Below are positions 13,071 to 27,040 of a DNA stretch of 64,000 nt, piece after piece. The DNA is from Octopus vulgaris (taxonomy: Eukaryota), in the NCBI GenBank assembly GCA_951406725.2, contig OX597815.1, positions 141,298,001 to 141,362,000 of the forward strand. The letters run 5' to 3'. Within the stretch, counting starts at the first letter, position 1, and every line of letters begins with the position of its first letter. The notes beneath the pieces are model-generated. The model worked only from the letters and a program-made list of their open reading frames with translations, did not search any database and was not told the DNA's origin. The position numbers and the translations under genes were made by a program.

Positions 13071-15478
13071 GCGATTGATAAGAATATGTATGTAACATCA
13101 TATCGCTCGGCGGCTCTGATAAAAGAGAATAACTACGGATATTTTGGTTGGAAGACTCAAGCCTTCCATCTATACTCATAATTATAACAATGATAACTGT
13201 TGCACTTGGTTTTGTTAATAACTGGAACAGTTAAACCACGAATTTTCTCCTGTTCAGCGAGTGACATTATTACGTTATCTCAAAAGACGGAGCTTCGAAC
13301 CTTTGTCAGAAATCTATATTTTACTTACAGGAAGACTTTAGATAATTGAAATTAGCACATACATAAACGTATGCACATACACAGACACACACGTATATGT
13401 GTGTATTTTTGTGTGTTTGCGTCTGTGTGTGCCTGCTTGTATGCATGTATGCATACACCTAGAAACATAGGTACGTCATACTTTGAGCTTTATGGGTCAA
13501 AACACCTCTTTAAAAAGATAGCTGAAAATATATTTCCACTTTCTGCTGAAACCCTTTCGTAGACTTATATTGCACTTTTCATTAAAATCGAGTTCATTCC
13601 TGGCGTAATTCGTTATATATTACATAATAGAGGTCTACGTGTTTCTAAATATCTTACTGAAAATGAAGCAGTTGTGTCTGCAGAAGTTACATGCGAAATT
13701 GATTCCTGTATTGATTTATGTAGTTAATGCGATCTTAGAAATCTCTGACATTAATTTAAGGAAAGTGAACATATCGGTCAATTCTAGACTTGGCATGCCT
13801 AAAATGATGGATTGAATAACGTGCTCGCTTTATGGAAAATAATCAGAATATATATAATATAAAATAAAGAATCGGAACATTGAACTCCACTAAGACGATG
13901 ACGTTGATTTACTCGTGTCAATCTTGATCATGCAGAACTATAAAGCCATCCATTCGTGAACATCCCATCTTTATTTTTAGCATATTTACTCCGTACCATA
14001 TTATCTATTTCTTGTTTCATCTGCAGTGTAATGTTCTTTGACTGATAGTTATCTCTTGTTTTTACGAGGTTGTGCAAATTCGGAAATAATTTTTTAGTGT
14101 CTCTGTACTTAAAGTATTTTCTCTTATACTTGAGCGAAAGCTTTTTCTGTGTATGAAATCCTTAGCAATCTCATTTATAAAGCAAAAATAGTTATTATGA
14201 TAGCATACAGTAAATATCATATCGAGATCTCCTGCAAAATTCGTGACGACTTAATACAATCCAGGTTTTAACTGTAAAAATAAAGGAGATTGAATAGTTT
14301 CATAAATTAGTGGATGAGTGTTACAATATTTTGTATCATGTAAGTGCAAGTTTAGGCTACGAGAGTAATCGACTCTAGAGATTGTAACCAAGAGAACACA
14401 TAACGAATTCGACAGTAAAAGTAATTGCAATCCGCAGAACCCTAGCTGTCATATTGGACATATTAGCACAACACTGTCACATAGCCAAGGGTCAAATCAA
14501 CAGCGAAAGCATGCTCGTTTTTTTTTCTTTGCTACAAGATTCGTTATTGCTCAAGCAATGCAGTTGGTATTACCTCTAGCCTTCGGTTTTTTGTTTTTGG
14601 ACTGTACATCTAAATGTATTTCTGTAAAGCTTAAGTCTCTTGAACCTGCATTTAACTACTGGATTTTTGCACGTGCAGTCTCGTTATATATTTTACACAT
14701 TTGGGGAGTATTTCATACAGTTCATTTTACATATATGGTGACAATTTCAGCGTGTATCGTGTGCAGATTTATTGTCCATATTCTTACAAAATCCTTTCAT
14801 CTACATATTCACAATGAATTCTGGTTGAAATCCCTTTTCTTCGTTCCATATGTTCGGCGAGAATGATTCAAGACCACCTTGAGAAGAGTCTTAATGGTAA
14901 TGTTATTTCTCCTCGACATTTGGCATTATACGTGTGAACTGGAAGCAGGCATGATTTATACTGGCTCATTTGGGTACTTTTCAAAGGGAACATCGTTTTT
15001 CGCTCAGCATTCTGAATGTGTGCTTTGAAATAATTAGATTTACTTGAACCAATTGGTGTGAAGAATAGCCGTACAAGCTTGTTATTTTGTTGCACAAGAT
15101 GTACATCTGCTATATTTTATTATCCTAATAAACCATCCAATATGGTGCCGCATTTTTCATATCGCCATAATGATTTTTCCAGTTTGTATTCCACTCGTGT
15201 TATACACGATAAGTAATTTCATTACCCCGAGCACTGCAGGTTTTTCTTAGACGTTCTTAAGAGTAATAGTAGGATTGCATTGAAATATATTACTTATCTA
15301 GATGTTAACATCACATGATTCCATTTGCTCTGCGTCAAAATCTTTGATAAATGTTAACATGAACGCAGTTGACAATTTCTTTAATCTCTTTTAGAGAACT
15401 TTCTGCTGAGTGATGTGTATTTTGTGTGTGTGTGTGTGTGTAAGTGTGTTGTGCGTGTGTATGTGTGTGTATAGAAAC

Positions 15479-15533
<55 letters not shown>

Positions 15534-15564
15534 TAAGTATACACACTCATATATACACATAAAC

Positions 15565-15622
<58 letters not shown>

Positions 15623-15897
15623 GTGTATGTTATGTGTGTTTGTGTACATCTATGTATTGCAGAGCGAAAAGTGAACCTTTAAAGGCATTAAAGAAGTGTC
15701 GACTGCTTTCATGTTAAAATTTATGGAAGATTTTGCTGAAGAGCACATGGATTTATGTGATGTTAATTAGTGGACAAATAATACCATTCTATACAAAGCT
15801 AGTATAACACTTAAAAACGTATAAGTTAACGGCCAAGAAAATATAGGCGCTTTCCTATTTGCTAATACAGTGAGTATATAAATCAAAGTATAAAATA

Positions 15898-16167
15898 TTA
15901 GCAGTATCGCCCGGCGTTGCTCAGGTTTGTAAGGGAAATAACTATAAAGCATTTTTAGAGAGTTATAGCCAAAAAAAATTTATCGATTTTTTTCAGAACT
16001 GGGGGAACTTTTCAAAATTTTCGCTGCGTTAGTTATGAATTATGATATTGGGCTATGTGTGTGTCAAGTTTCATCAGAATCGGTTGAAAGCCGTGGTCAG
16101 GGTGAAGGTACAAGCAAACAGACACACAGAAACACGCACAGACAAACTGCCGTTTAATAGAGAGAGA
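15898..16167 (-). mobile_element. Non-autonomous Helitron
   Basis: Minus strand starts TC and ends with hairpin cctgagcaacgccggg + CTAA (CTRR); sits between A and T; last ~70 bp shared with the copy at 50263. Confidence 0.75.
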
Positions 16168-16924
16168 TTACAGCCGATCATACAAAGAGATAATTTTCTT
16201 ATTTTGGCGCCGGATATTAGCTGATCGGAAGATTGACTAAGTACTACTCTGGTTAGAGAAGGAAGGTGTGGAAAAATAGTGGCTTCTCTCTATTAGTGGA
16301 GCTGAAGTGATATCAGATCCGGTTCATGGCTGCTGGAGAAAAGGCAAGTCAAAATCAAAGGTGGCAATGACCAGACAGATCTATAAAGAGTTTTGTATGT
16401 GGCTGAGATGTGCAGGCAACAAAAATATAGTTGCTTGGTATGAGTGTTGGGAATGCTTGCCTTTAAGGGTTTTATAATCATGGTGGATCCGGAAGGCAGG
16501 CAACTATTCTCTTCTTTTTTCATCTAGGTACGAGAGGTAAATTTTGCTGCTTCACTTACTATAAGTGAGTGGATGAATACATCCATACGTACATCCGTAC
16601 CTAAATGTATACACATTCACATACACACGGACATACACACGGTTTTAACTCTTTATAGCGGTCGTGGTGATAGTTTGCACCCCTTGTCAGTTTTCTGACC
16701 TCCACTTCTCATCGCTGTATTGCGTGTGATTTTATACTTGATGTTCTATATAAACGAAGATATTTCCTCCACCTGGCTGCTCCTGAACTAGTTGCTGAGT
16801 GACCGACCTATGAGGGAACGATCCTAGATGTGACGAAACAATTGTCGTGATTAGTAATAAATTCTTTCATTTGCTCTCTCTCTCTCTCTCTCTCTCTCTT
16901 ATATATATATATATATATATATAT

Positions 16925-17306
16925 ATAAGTAAGGAAAATTTTTAAAAATGCAGAATGCTCAAATGAAAGAAAATTTTGATAAAATGAGAAATTGATAAAA
17001 TATATAAATATATATTTATTCAACCGGTTTTCGTCATTGTATGACTTCATTTTTATCATTATTCTTTTGCAAAAAACAATGCAATTTTCTTTTTCCCCTT
17101 TCTAATTTAAAAAAAACTTTTAAAACATAAATATTCTTGACAAGTCATACAATGACGAAAACCGTTGAATAAATATATATTTATATATTTTATCAATTTC
17201 TCATTTATTAAAATTTTCTTTCATTTGAGCATTCTGCATTTTAAAAGATTTTTCCTTACTTATCATTTCTCCACGTGCGTCAACACAACCCCACCATTTA
17301 TTGATC
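16925..17306 (+). mobile_element. (TA)n-embedded fold-back element with ~123-bp inverted arms, a hammerhead-like motif and a 3' tail (probable Penelope-type pLTR derivative)
   Basis: Arms 16925-17047 and 17142-17263 are reverse complements; TATTC-TTGACAA-GTCATACAATGAC-GAAA-ACCG-TT-GAATA at about 17132-17171. Confidence 0.7.
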
Positions 17307-17338
<32 letters not shown>

Positions 17339-17342
17339 ATAA

Positions 17343-17580
17343 AGGGGTGAATTCACAAAAAGAGACGAAGACAGATGGCGTAGACAATAAACATTTGTAT
17401 TTTTATAACGCTCGCGAAGTGAAAAAGTCTATAACGTTTCGAATCTACGCTCTTCCACAGAAAGGAACACAGAAATAGACAAGGAGAGAAATTAAGAAAG
17501 TGTAGTGGCTAGGAGACCTAGGGAGAAGGGAAGATAATACAGTAGTGGTGATCCCAAAAGGGAAATTGCGCGTGCGTGTG
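17343..17580 (-). mobile_element. Solo Penelope pLTR-like fragment, homologous to 4322-4600
   Basis: Shares aaagtcta....tttcg..ctacgctc..c..gaaagga, tagtggctag and tagtggtgatcccaaaa with the 3' end of the PLE at 4322-4600. Confidence 0.8.
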
Positions 17581-18111
17581 TATATATATGTGTGTGCGTG
17601 CGTTTTCCCCTCTCACCACCGTCTAACGGTGAATGGTTACAACGTCTTAGATGCATATATGCACAAATAACCTTATACATATATACAACACACAATCATA
17701 TAGACACTTACACATACTCACAAATATACGTATAATCTTAAAGTATACACACATATACGCTTATATATGTTTTTTTTTAAATGGCTTATAACGACCAGAG
17801 TATTGCAACATCCCGGCACTGGCATGCTGGTTAACACATAGCACTGACCCTAGCAGACCTATATACATATATGTGTGTGCGTTTGCGGACACGCGTACAT
17901 GTATGTATATTTTAAAATATAATTTTGTGTGTATACATAGACTGTTCTCCTCTGTGAACGATGTAAATAAAACGCTTTTATGTAACACGAATCCATTTGA
18001 GGGGGTCGCCTCAAATTAAATGATGCAATATTCTCTATTCAGACACAATATCCCTTCTGAGATGGAGATAATGATCACATTTACGAATACACATACATGT
18101 ATATTTTTATA

Positions 18112-19135
18112 CTGGGTTGGCCACTAAGTTGCCGCCGTTTTTTTGTTTCAAATTTAAAATTTTTTAAAGGCTTAATAAGAAACAACAACTAATTAGTCAA
18201 TAATGTATTCACCCTTTTTCTTTACAACCTCTTCCCAACGTTCAACAAGATTTTCAATACTTCATTGATAGAATTCACCCGATATCGACGCGAAAAATTG
18301 ATCCAACCAAGCTCTTAATTGTGCATCAGTATCAAACGAATCTACGCGCATAGCATTTCAAAGAATTTCGGAAGAGGTGGAAATCCGTTGGTGCCAAATC
18401 AGGGGAGTACGGCAGCAATTCCCAGCCATGCGTTTGAATGGGTTTTTTGGTCAAATTGATGATATGTGGACGGGCATTGTGTGTATACTCCATGCTACCG
18501 ATTAGGTATTTTCTCTTGAATAGCCATTTTGAGTTGTTCTATTTGTTGAATATAGAGTTCCGGGTTGACCGTTTGGTTCCGTTCAAGCAATTCGTAGTCC
18601 CACATTCCCAGTCCCACCATACGCACAACAACGTTTTACGCGAATGAAGATATTGTTCCACACGCGATGTCGCTTGTTTACCTGGCTAAACCATTCCTTA
18701 CGCTACTTCATATTGATGTAAAGGCACCATTTTTCTTCGCTAGTAACGATTCGCTAAAGAAATCGTTGCTTGTGTCCATAAGTTGATTGGTGACGAGCAA
18801 ACAATCCAACGGAGATTGTGGCTCGTTGACTTTTGTTGTTGTCACTGAAAGCATGCGGAAGACATGCTCAATACTTCTGAACCTTTCCCATCGAGTGAAG
18901 ATGATTCTCTATAATAGTGTGGGAGTATTCCATTTTCTCTGCCAGTTTTCTAGTCGTTTGACGACAATATTCATGTAAAAGTTGGTTTAATCGCTCTTCA
19001 TAGAACTCAATTGGACGGCCGGAACGAGGTGCGTCATTGAGGTCAAAGTTTCCATATTTGAACTTGGCATACCAATCACGAGCGGTTCTTTCAGCTATGG
19101 CACCCTCTCCATACACAGCATAAATGTGAGGTGCT
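18112..19135 (-). mobile_element. Decayed mariner transposon, 5' truncated
   Basis: AVYGEGAIAERTARDWYAKFKYGNFDLNDAPRSGRP, IVTSEEKWCLY, NARPH, PYSPDLAPTDFHLFR (DD34D-type motifs); TIR ctgggttggccactaagtt after TA. Confidence 0.93.
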
Positions 19136-19612
19136 AAATAGCATCTCACGTTCACATTCGTCGGGAAGTTGCGATAAACATTCTTGATCAAAACTGCCTG
19201 ACGAACAGGAACGGGAATTTCTGATTAGCAGTAGCAATTTATTTGTGATGTTTTGGTAGCTTTAATTAAAAAAATGCATATAATTTGTATGTGTGTATAA
19301 ATATATGCATGTATGTATGCATATATGCATACGTACATACACATATAAGTACATGTACATACTTATCATTGCTATTATGCAGAAGTGTCGTAAGTCCAAA
19401 ACCTTGCTTTTTCAGAAAACGAGAAACAGTTTCAGGGTCCAACAGCAAAAGAATTGTACTACACCATCTTTGACAATATATTGATATCTTGGAAACTGAA
19501 GCAGTTAGAGATTCGTTAGTTTGACCAGAAGAACCGTCGATTGCGAGTAAAAATAAGTACTGAAAAAGAAAAAAAGCATTTGGACATACGACAGTTTAAC
19601 GTAAAGGCAACG

Positions 19613-19649
<37 letters not shown>

Positions 19650-19650
<1 letters not shown>

Positions 19651-19900
19651 CTGAAATGCGTTTCAACCGCTTGGATCGCTTTCAAGGCCACTACACCCCG
19701 TCGGATTGACTCCAAAATTTACAGGGACATGTAAAATGAGGTGACGATGCCCGTCAGCTACCTTAGAAATCCCTATCTTAAAAGGTTTCGTTGCTAGGGC
19801 CGAAAACCCACTTTGACAAGTCCACTCCCATTCTTTTACGTATCTGTCTTCCTCACTCACGCTATTTCCTCCATTCCCCTCTAACCACCCCCTTCAGTTT
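19650..19900. repeat. Unclassified interspersed repeat fragment following (TA)n, possibly a Helitron-like 5' portion
   Basis: GC-richer block with gtcggattgactccaaaattt, a motif type seen in non-autonomous Helitrons; no termini confirmed. Confidence 0.3.
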
Positions 19901-20044
19901 CCCTTTATAAGTTCGTCAAACGGTGTTCTTTATCTCGCTGTCTGCATTCATAGAGAAAACTATCATCGCCACAAACATTTTGTGTCATATATAGCTGTCT
20001 TTGGGAAAAGCATGTTAACACAAACAAACACACCCACCCACATA

Positions 20045-20146
<102 letters not shown>

Positions 20147-20801
20147 AATAAACACATACATATATACATATATACGTGCATTTATATTTGTGTGTGTGTG
20201 TGTGTGTGTTGAGATAGAGCCCTTGAACTGACTACCAAATCAGGCATGTGCACTATCTTTAATATATCGCTTAAATGACCTGAAATAGTACTGAATAGGT
20301 TCATACGTTTGTTCATCTCTCCCCTCCTCATTCCCTATAGACATATTACTCGGTCTCTCTCTCTCTTCTACTGTCTCTCTCTCTATCCCTCTTTATCTTG
20401 CTATATATATATACATATATATGTATATATATATATGTATAGGTGTCTAATTTTGTGTGTGTACATGTGAATATTTCTCTGAATTTGTTTGCATTTTGGT
20501 ATTTAATATGTTCATGCACATAAATAGAATATATGAAATTTATTACTTTCATGCCTCCATACAGTGAAAGAAAATAATATGATATTTACAATGAAATGAT
20601 ATTTTAATCTATTTTATACCTGGAGTTATTAGTTTATATGAAAACAAAAGTACGCCCCACTCTCAAAAATATATATATTACATCAATGTCAATATATATC
20701 TTTATATCTATAAATCCTTTCATACCTTTGAATGTTTTTTATTATATCCTTCATTTGTGTACAATAGCATTACTGGATATTGCTTTTAAGACTAATATGT
20801 G

Positions 20802-20850
<49 letters not shown>

Positions 20851-22233
20851 AGAATTTACAAAAAAAACAAAAGAATATGTATACGTGTGTGTGTGTGTGT
20901 GTTTGCGTGTATGCATATATATGTGTGTATATGTACGTATATTCATATGTATACCGCTATACTTTTATGTCGTTATACTCACATATAGTTAAACACACAC
21001 ATATAGACGCACATATATGGATAAATGTTTGGTAGCTCACTAACAATTATCGGAAAATTTTCCATTTTCTTTTCCTACGCTTTGTAACTGGTAGTTTGAT
21101 TTTCAATATTTCCACTCAAGGACACTGGTAGATATCTTTGTTTCTCATACGTTTAACTTATCAAAAATACTTCCTTTTCATTTGTGTACATTTGTATATC
21201 AAACAAACCTTATTGAAATAAGGCTCTCTTCTTTCTTATGAAAATTCAACCCTTCTACGCGAAGGCAATTCCATATTACGACGCTCCGTCAACTCGCGCA
21301 TTAAATGCCTATAAATGAATTCTGTGTCAGTTGTGAATAACAGTCAGATATTTTCTTTCAAGAGGAGTCTCTACGAGGATCATAGAATGCTATATCTTTA
21401 CAAATGCGCTTTCACATACGATCTGATGGTCGAATATTTCAGACTTATATTACCACATGTTTGTGTTTCCTGTTCAAAACCGACCATTTACGCGGCTTAG
21501 GCCATATTTTCAAATATTATATGCGGTGTATGTGAATGTGAAGATCGAGTTCTTGTATATATTCTCTTTATCCTCAAGACCGTACCTGTCATACTACGAC
21601 TCTTGCACCATCGAGGACATGTAGCTCAATTCTCCCCTCTCTCTATCTATCTGTCCATCTCTATCTCACTCTCTCTATATATATATCTCACCTATCTCTC
21701 TCCTTCTATCTTTCTTACTTTCTCCTATCTTTCTTTCTCTCCTCTCTCTCTACCTCTCTCGATCTCTAGGCAAACTTTATATGCACAGTTATTTTTTACC
21801 GCCCCACCTCAACTAAAGCTGCCTGTACAGCAGCTTTCTTTTAGCTCTACTCAACTATCTACAGCATCTAGCGATAAACTTAATTTCTTTGACGTCACTT
21901 CAAACCTAACCTCTACAAAATAATCACAGTATCTATAAACATATCCTCGATATGGTGATTAGATATCATTATAAATGTCCTCAGATATTTCTCATATTGT
22001 CCAATCACCAAACATCTACATATTACACATCACCGGAAACGCTTGTCCTTTGATATTTACTGACAGGTCAAACAGCAGCTTCTATACTATAATAACAACA
22101 AGCGAATACGCTTTATCTTTCAACCATGAAAAGCAACTATGAAAGTTACTGATGTAATGCACATACCTATAACCCGGAAAAACTCAAACAAAGAATAATG
22201 CGTGAATCCCCAAACTAGACTTGTTTCCCTGCT

Positions 22234-22399
22234 AGTCGATTACATCGACCAAAGCGTTTCACTGGTACTTAATTTATCGATACCGAAAGGATGAGAGGCA
22301 ATGTCGACCTCGGTGGGATTTGAACTCAGAAAGTAGCAACGGGCGAAATACCGATAAGCATTTTGCCCGGCTTGCTAACGATTCCGCCAGCTCACCGCC
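22234..22399 (-). mobile_element. tRNA-derived SINE (family A)
   Basis: Matches 49403-49634: atcgaccccgaaaggatgaaag.caaagtcgacctcggcggaatttgaactcaga...gccagctcaccgcc. Confidence 0.9.
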
Positions 22400-23099
22400 A
22401 AAATTATCATTAAATAATACGTTCCTAATAATATCCTATCCTTGCAAAGCATACACAAAGCTTCACACTCTTTCGTACACGCTATCACGCACATACATAT
22501 ACTCATATGAGCCTTTTCTTTCTTCAATCCGGCAATCTACTATAAAGTCCCCATTTCCTCGGAATTAGTTCTTTACTTTCTATATCTCCCTGCTGAAGAA
22601 ATGCAAGTCTATCTCTCTCCCGTCACCATCCCTCTGCTTCCATCACTTACCTTTTCTCACACTAACCAAAACCGATATCGTTATCTCACTAGAATATATT
22701 CTCTTTAGTAATCTATCCTGTTCATATACTACCGTTATTCAAGATGACCAGCTATTCCACGTACCGTTCAAACTACACCTTTGTGGGTATCAACTTTCTC
22801 CTGACTTCAACATTTAAATACAGAGATACACACACGTACACACACTTACACATACATTCACAAATTCACACACTCGCACGCACACATGAACATACACATA
22901 CACGTGCGCACGCACACTCATACACACACACAAACATATATACACATATGTCTATGTCTGCATGTGTGTATGTATATAAGTATGAATGTATGTATGCATT
23001 GAGACACCGAAGGGTGGCTAGTGTATGCGAGTGCTACTGTTTGATCAACTGCTTGCAAATATTTTGTTGTCCACCCACCAATCCATCCATCCATCAATC

Positions 23100-23290
<191 letters not shown>

Positions 23291-24350
23291 CTTTCGATCT
23301 ATCAATGTATCCATCTATCTATCTGACTATCTATTTATATATCTATACAAATACATACATATATGGGTGTGTACGTGTGTATATATATATGTGTATAATA
23401 TATATATACATAAACATTCATGCAGGCAAGTATGCATATGTATAATTGTGTGCGCGCGACAAGTGTGTATGTATGTGTGTGTGAGTATGCTCACATGTCT
23501 GTATATATGTATATATATATATATAATATGCATGTATGTTTATAAGCATATATATCTTCCCCAAAATGTCGATTGGATATAAAATTTCTCCTGCCATATG
23601 TAGAGATAAATGTTGGACGTAATGGATGCACTGAAGCATAAAAAGCAATGTTTCAACATTTGCAGTTTATTTTAAGCAATTCAATAGCTATTCCATGTGT
23701 CTTTTATTGTCGGCAATAATGCGATATCCTAATTGTGTTGTAACTCGTTGTTTGAAGTCAAACATTTACGTGACCCATTCCAGCTTTAGAGGAAATTTTC
23801 TCCAAACATCTCCATTCAGGAATTCTATTCATCAGTAATCTGTTGAGTACACACCTACGTGTATATGGATTTCTTTTATATGCACAAACGGACTTATGTG
23901 TTTAATGTTGGAGAATACGTCAGAGTGGCACGTACGGATTAGGTGAGAGTCTATTTCAACATTACCGGAGATAATTTGAATGATGTAAGTGGCCTTTGCG
24001 TGATATAATTGCTCTTTCCATAGGAACGAAATTCCTTGTGGAGATTCCAAATCCATGAAACTATTCAACTAGTAAATGACATTCTTTAACTGCAAAGATC
24101 CGATTGATTATAAAGAAACAGATACAATGGTCAAAGTTTCAAACAGGGCTAACAAAACAATATGGCAAAACAATACAACAAAGAATCGCCAAACCAACAT
24201 TCTCTTTGAATTATCGCCTAATATTTCGATATCCTTTTCGCTCTTATAATGAACATATCAATTATTGCCCATACGTTGTTTGGACAAAATAACAAAGCAA
24301 TGTTTTGCCTTTTACTAAACAGTGTGATCTCTAAATATTTCAGCAAGTAT

Positions 24351-24388
<38 letters not shown>

Positions 24389-25209
24389 TATACACGCACA
24401 TATATATGTATATATGTACACACACACACACACACACACATATGTATATATATTTATGTATGCACATATGCTTGCATGTATATATATATATATATTTATG
24501 TATATACATGTATATGTGTATGCGTGTGTGTGCCTATACATACACTTGTTTGACTGTGTCACTAACAAATTTGCCTTCCATTGCGTGTTGTTTCGTGTTC
24601 AGTTCCACTCCGGCACCTTGGACAAGTGTCGTCTTCAACAGTAGCTCAAAACAATAGCTCAAAACAAACCAATGCTATATGCTTTGTGTCTTTGCATCTA
24701 CATTGCTTGACTACCGGCTTACAAAAGTTGCACAGAGATTTTTCGATAGAGAGAATAAATTATTCATTATTGAAGCTATCTCGCCAACAGAGAAACTTTT
24801 TTTTAACTTTCGTTACAAACAATGACGTAAAAAAATTTCCGAATTCAGGTAATTGCTTAAAATGTATATTCTCTGAATTTTACATTATAAACGCAGAGAA
24901 CATATATTTAACTTAAAAACATTAATCCGGATATTTTTTAGTCAATTAGAATTCAATTTAAAATCATTTTGTGCGTGCGAGAAGAAATTAATAAACATTA
25001 AATTAAAGTATGTAATGTAATGATATTCAACTTGGGGCATTTTACGTGATTTTCCCCCTTTTCATGGTTCAGGCAGCTTCGCAGTTTTTTAATATGTCTC
25101 TATATCTCTGTCTCTTTGTTGCCCTTTCTGCTCCTCCTTCACAGTGTGTAACCGAAGACTATAAATCTACACATCTAGAGTCTTTCCCTTGTCAATAAGC
25201 AATACTATT

Positions 25210-25300
<91 letters not shown>

Positions 25301-25306
<6 letters not shown>

Positions 25307-25444
25307 GCAGTGTGGAAGGTGAATATAAGCCATTTAAGAAACACACAAAATCCGTTAGATTCACTTCAACATTTAAATTTAACTTGTTAAAATATTTTGG
25401 TCGCTTTGAGACCGTGACATGTTCATTGACAAAGCTGCATGATG

Positions 25445-25449
<5 letters not shown>
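25301..25449 (-). mobile_element. Short (TA)n-embedded element with a degenerate hammerhead-like fold
   Basis: Flanked by (TA)n on both sides; tataagccatttaa.aaa shared in reverse with 17770-17790; hammerhead-like topology at 25384-25432 on the minus strand. Confidence 0.5.
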
Positions 25450-25532
<83 letters not shown>

Positions 25533-26013
25533 TATATGTACTCACAGCTAAGCCCGGTTCCACACGGTCGGTTTGGACGATGTGGCTGTAAAACCTACTC
25601 TGTGTAAGCACTCGATTTGTTTGGGCACGCTTACGTTAAACAAACAATTTAGCAATTCTAAAATGAATTTTTCTGTCAAAACGCTAAAAGTAACTGACCA
25701 ACAAGAAAAAAACAAGCATCATTCAACCAAATCAAAAAGTCAACCCCGAAACTAAGCGAACAAAATGAACCATCCTACTTCCATTGCGCGCGCACACGAA
25801 CACATGCACACACACAGAAACAAACACACATACGCAAACACACACACATTCACATATCCCCCTTTTACATACACACACACATTCACACAGAGTTGAAAGG
25901 CTGGTTGGTTTATTTTTTCAACGTACACTACCAAGTATGACATAAGCCCTTCCTTCCTTATTCATCTATCACCTGTTCCTTTCTCATTCATAAACACAAT
26001 AGTATTTTTATAT

Positions 26014-27040
<1,027 letters not shown>

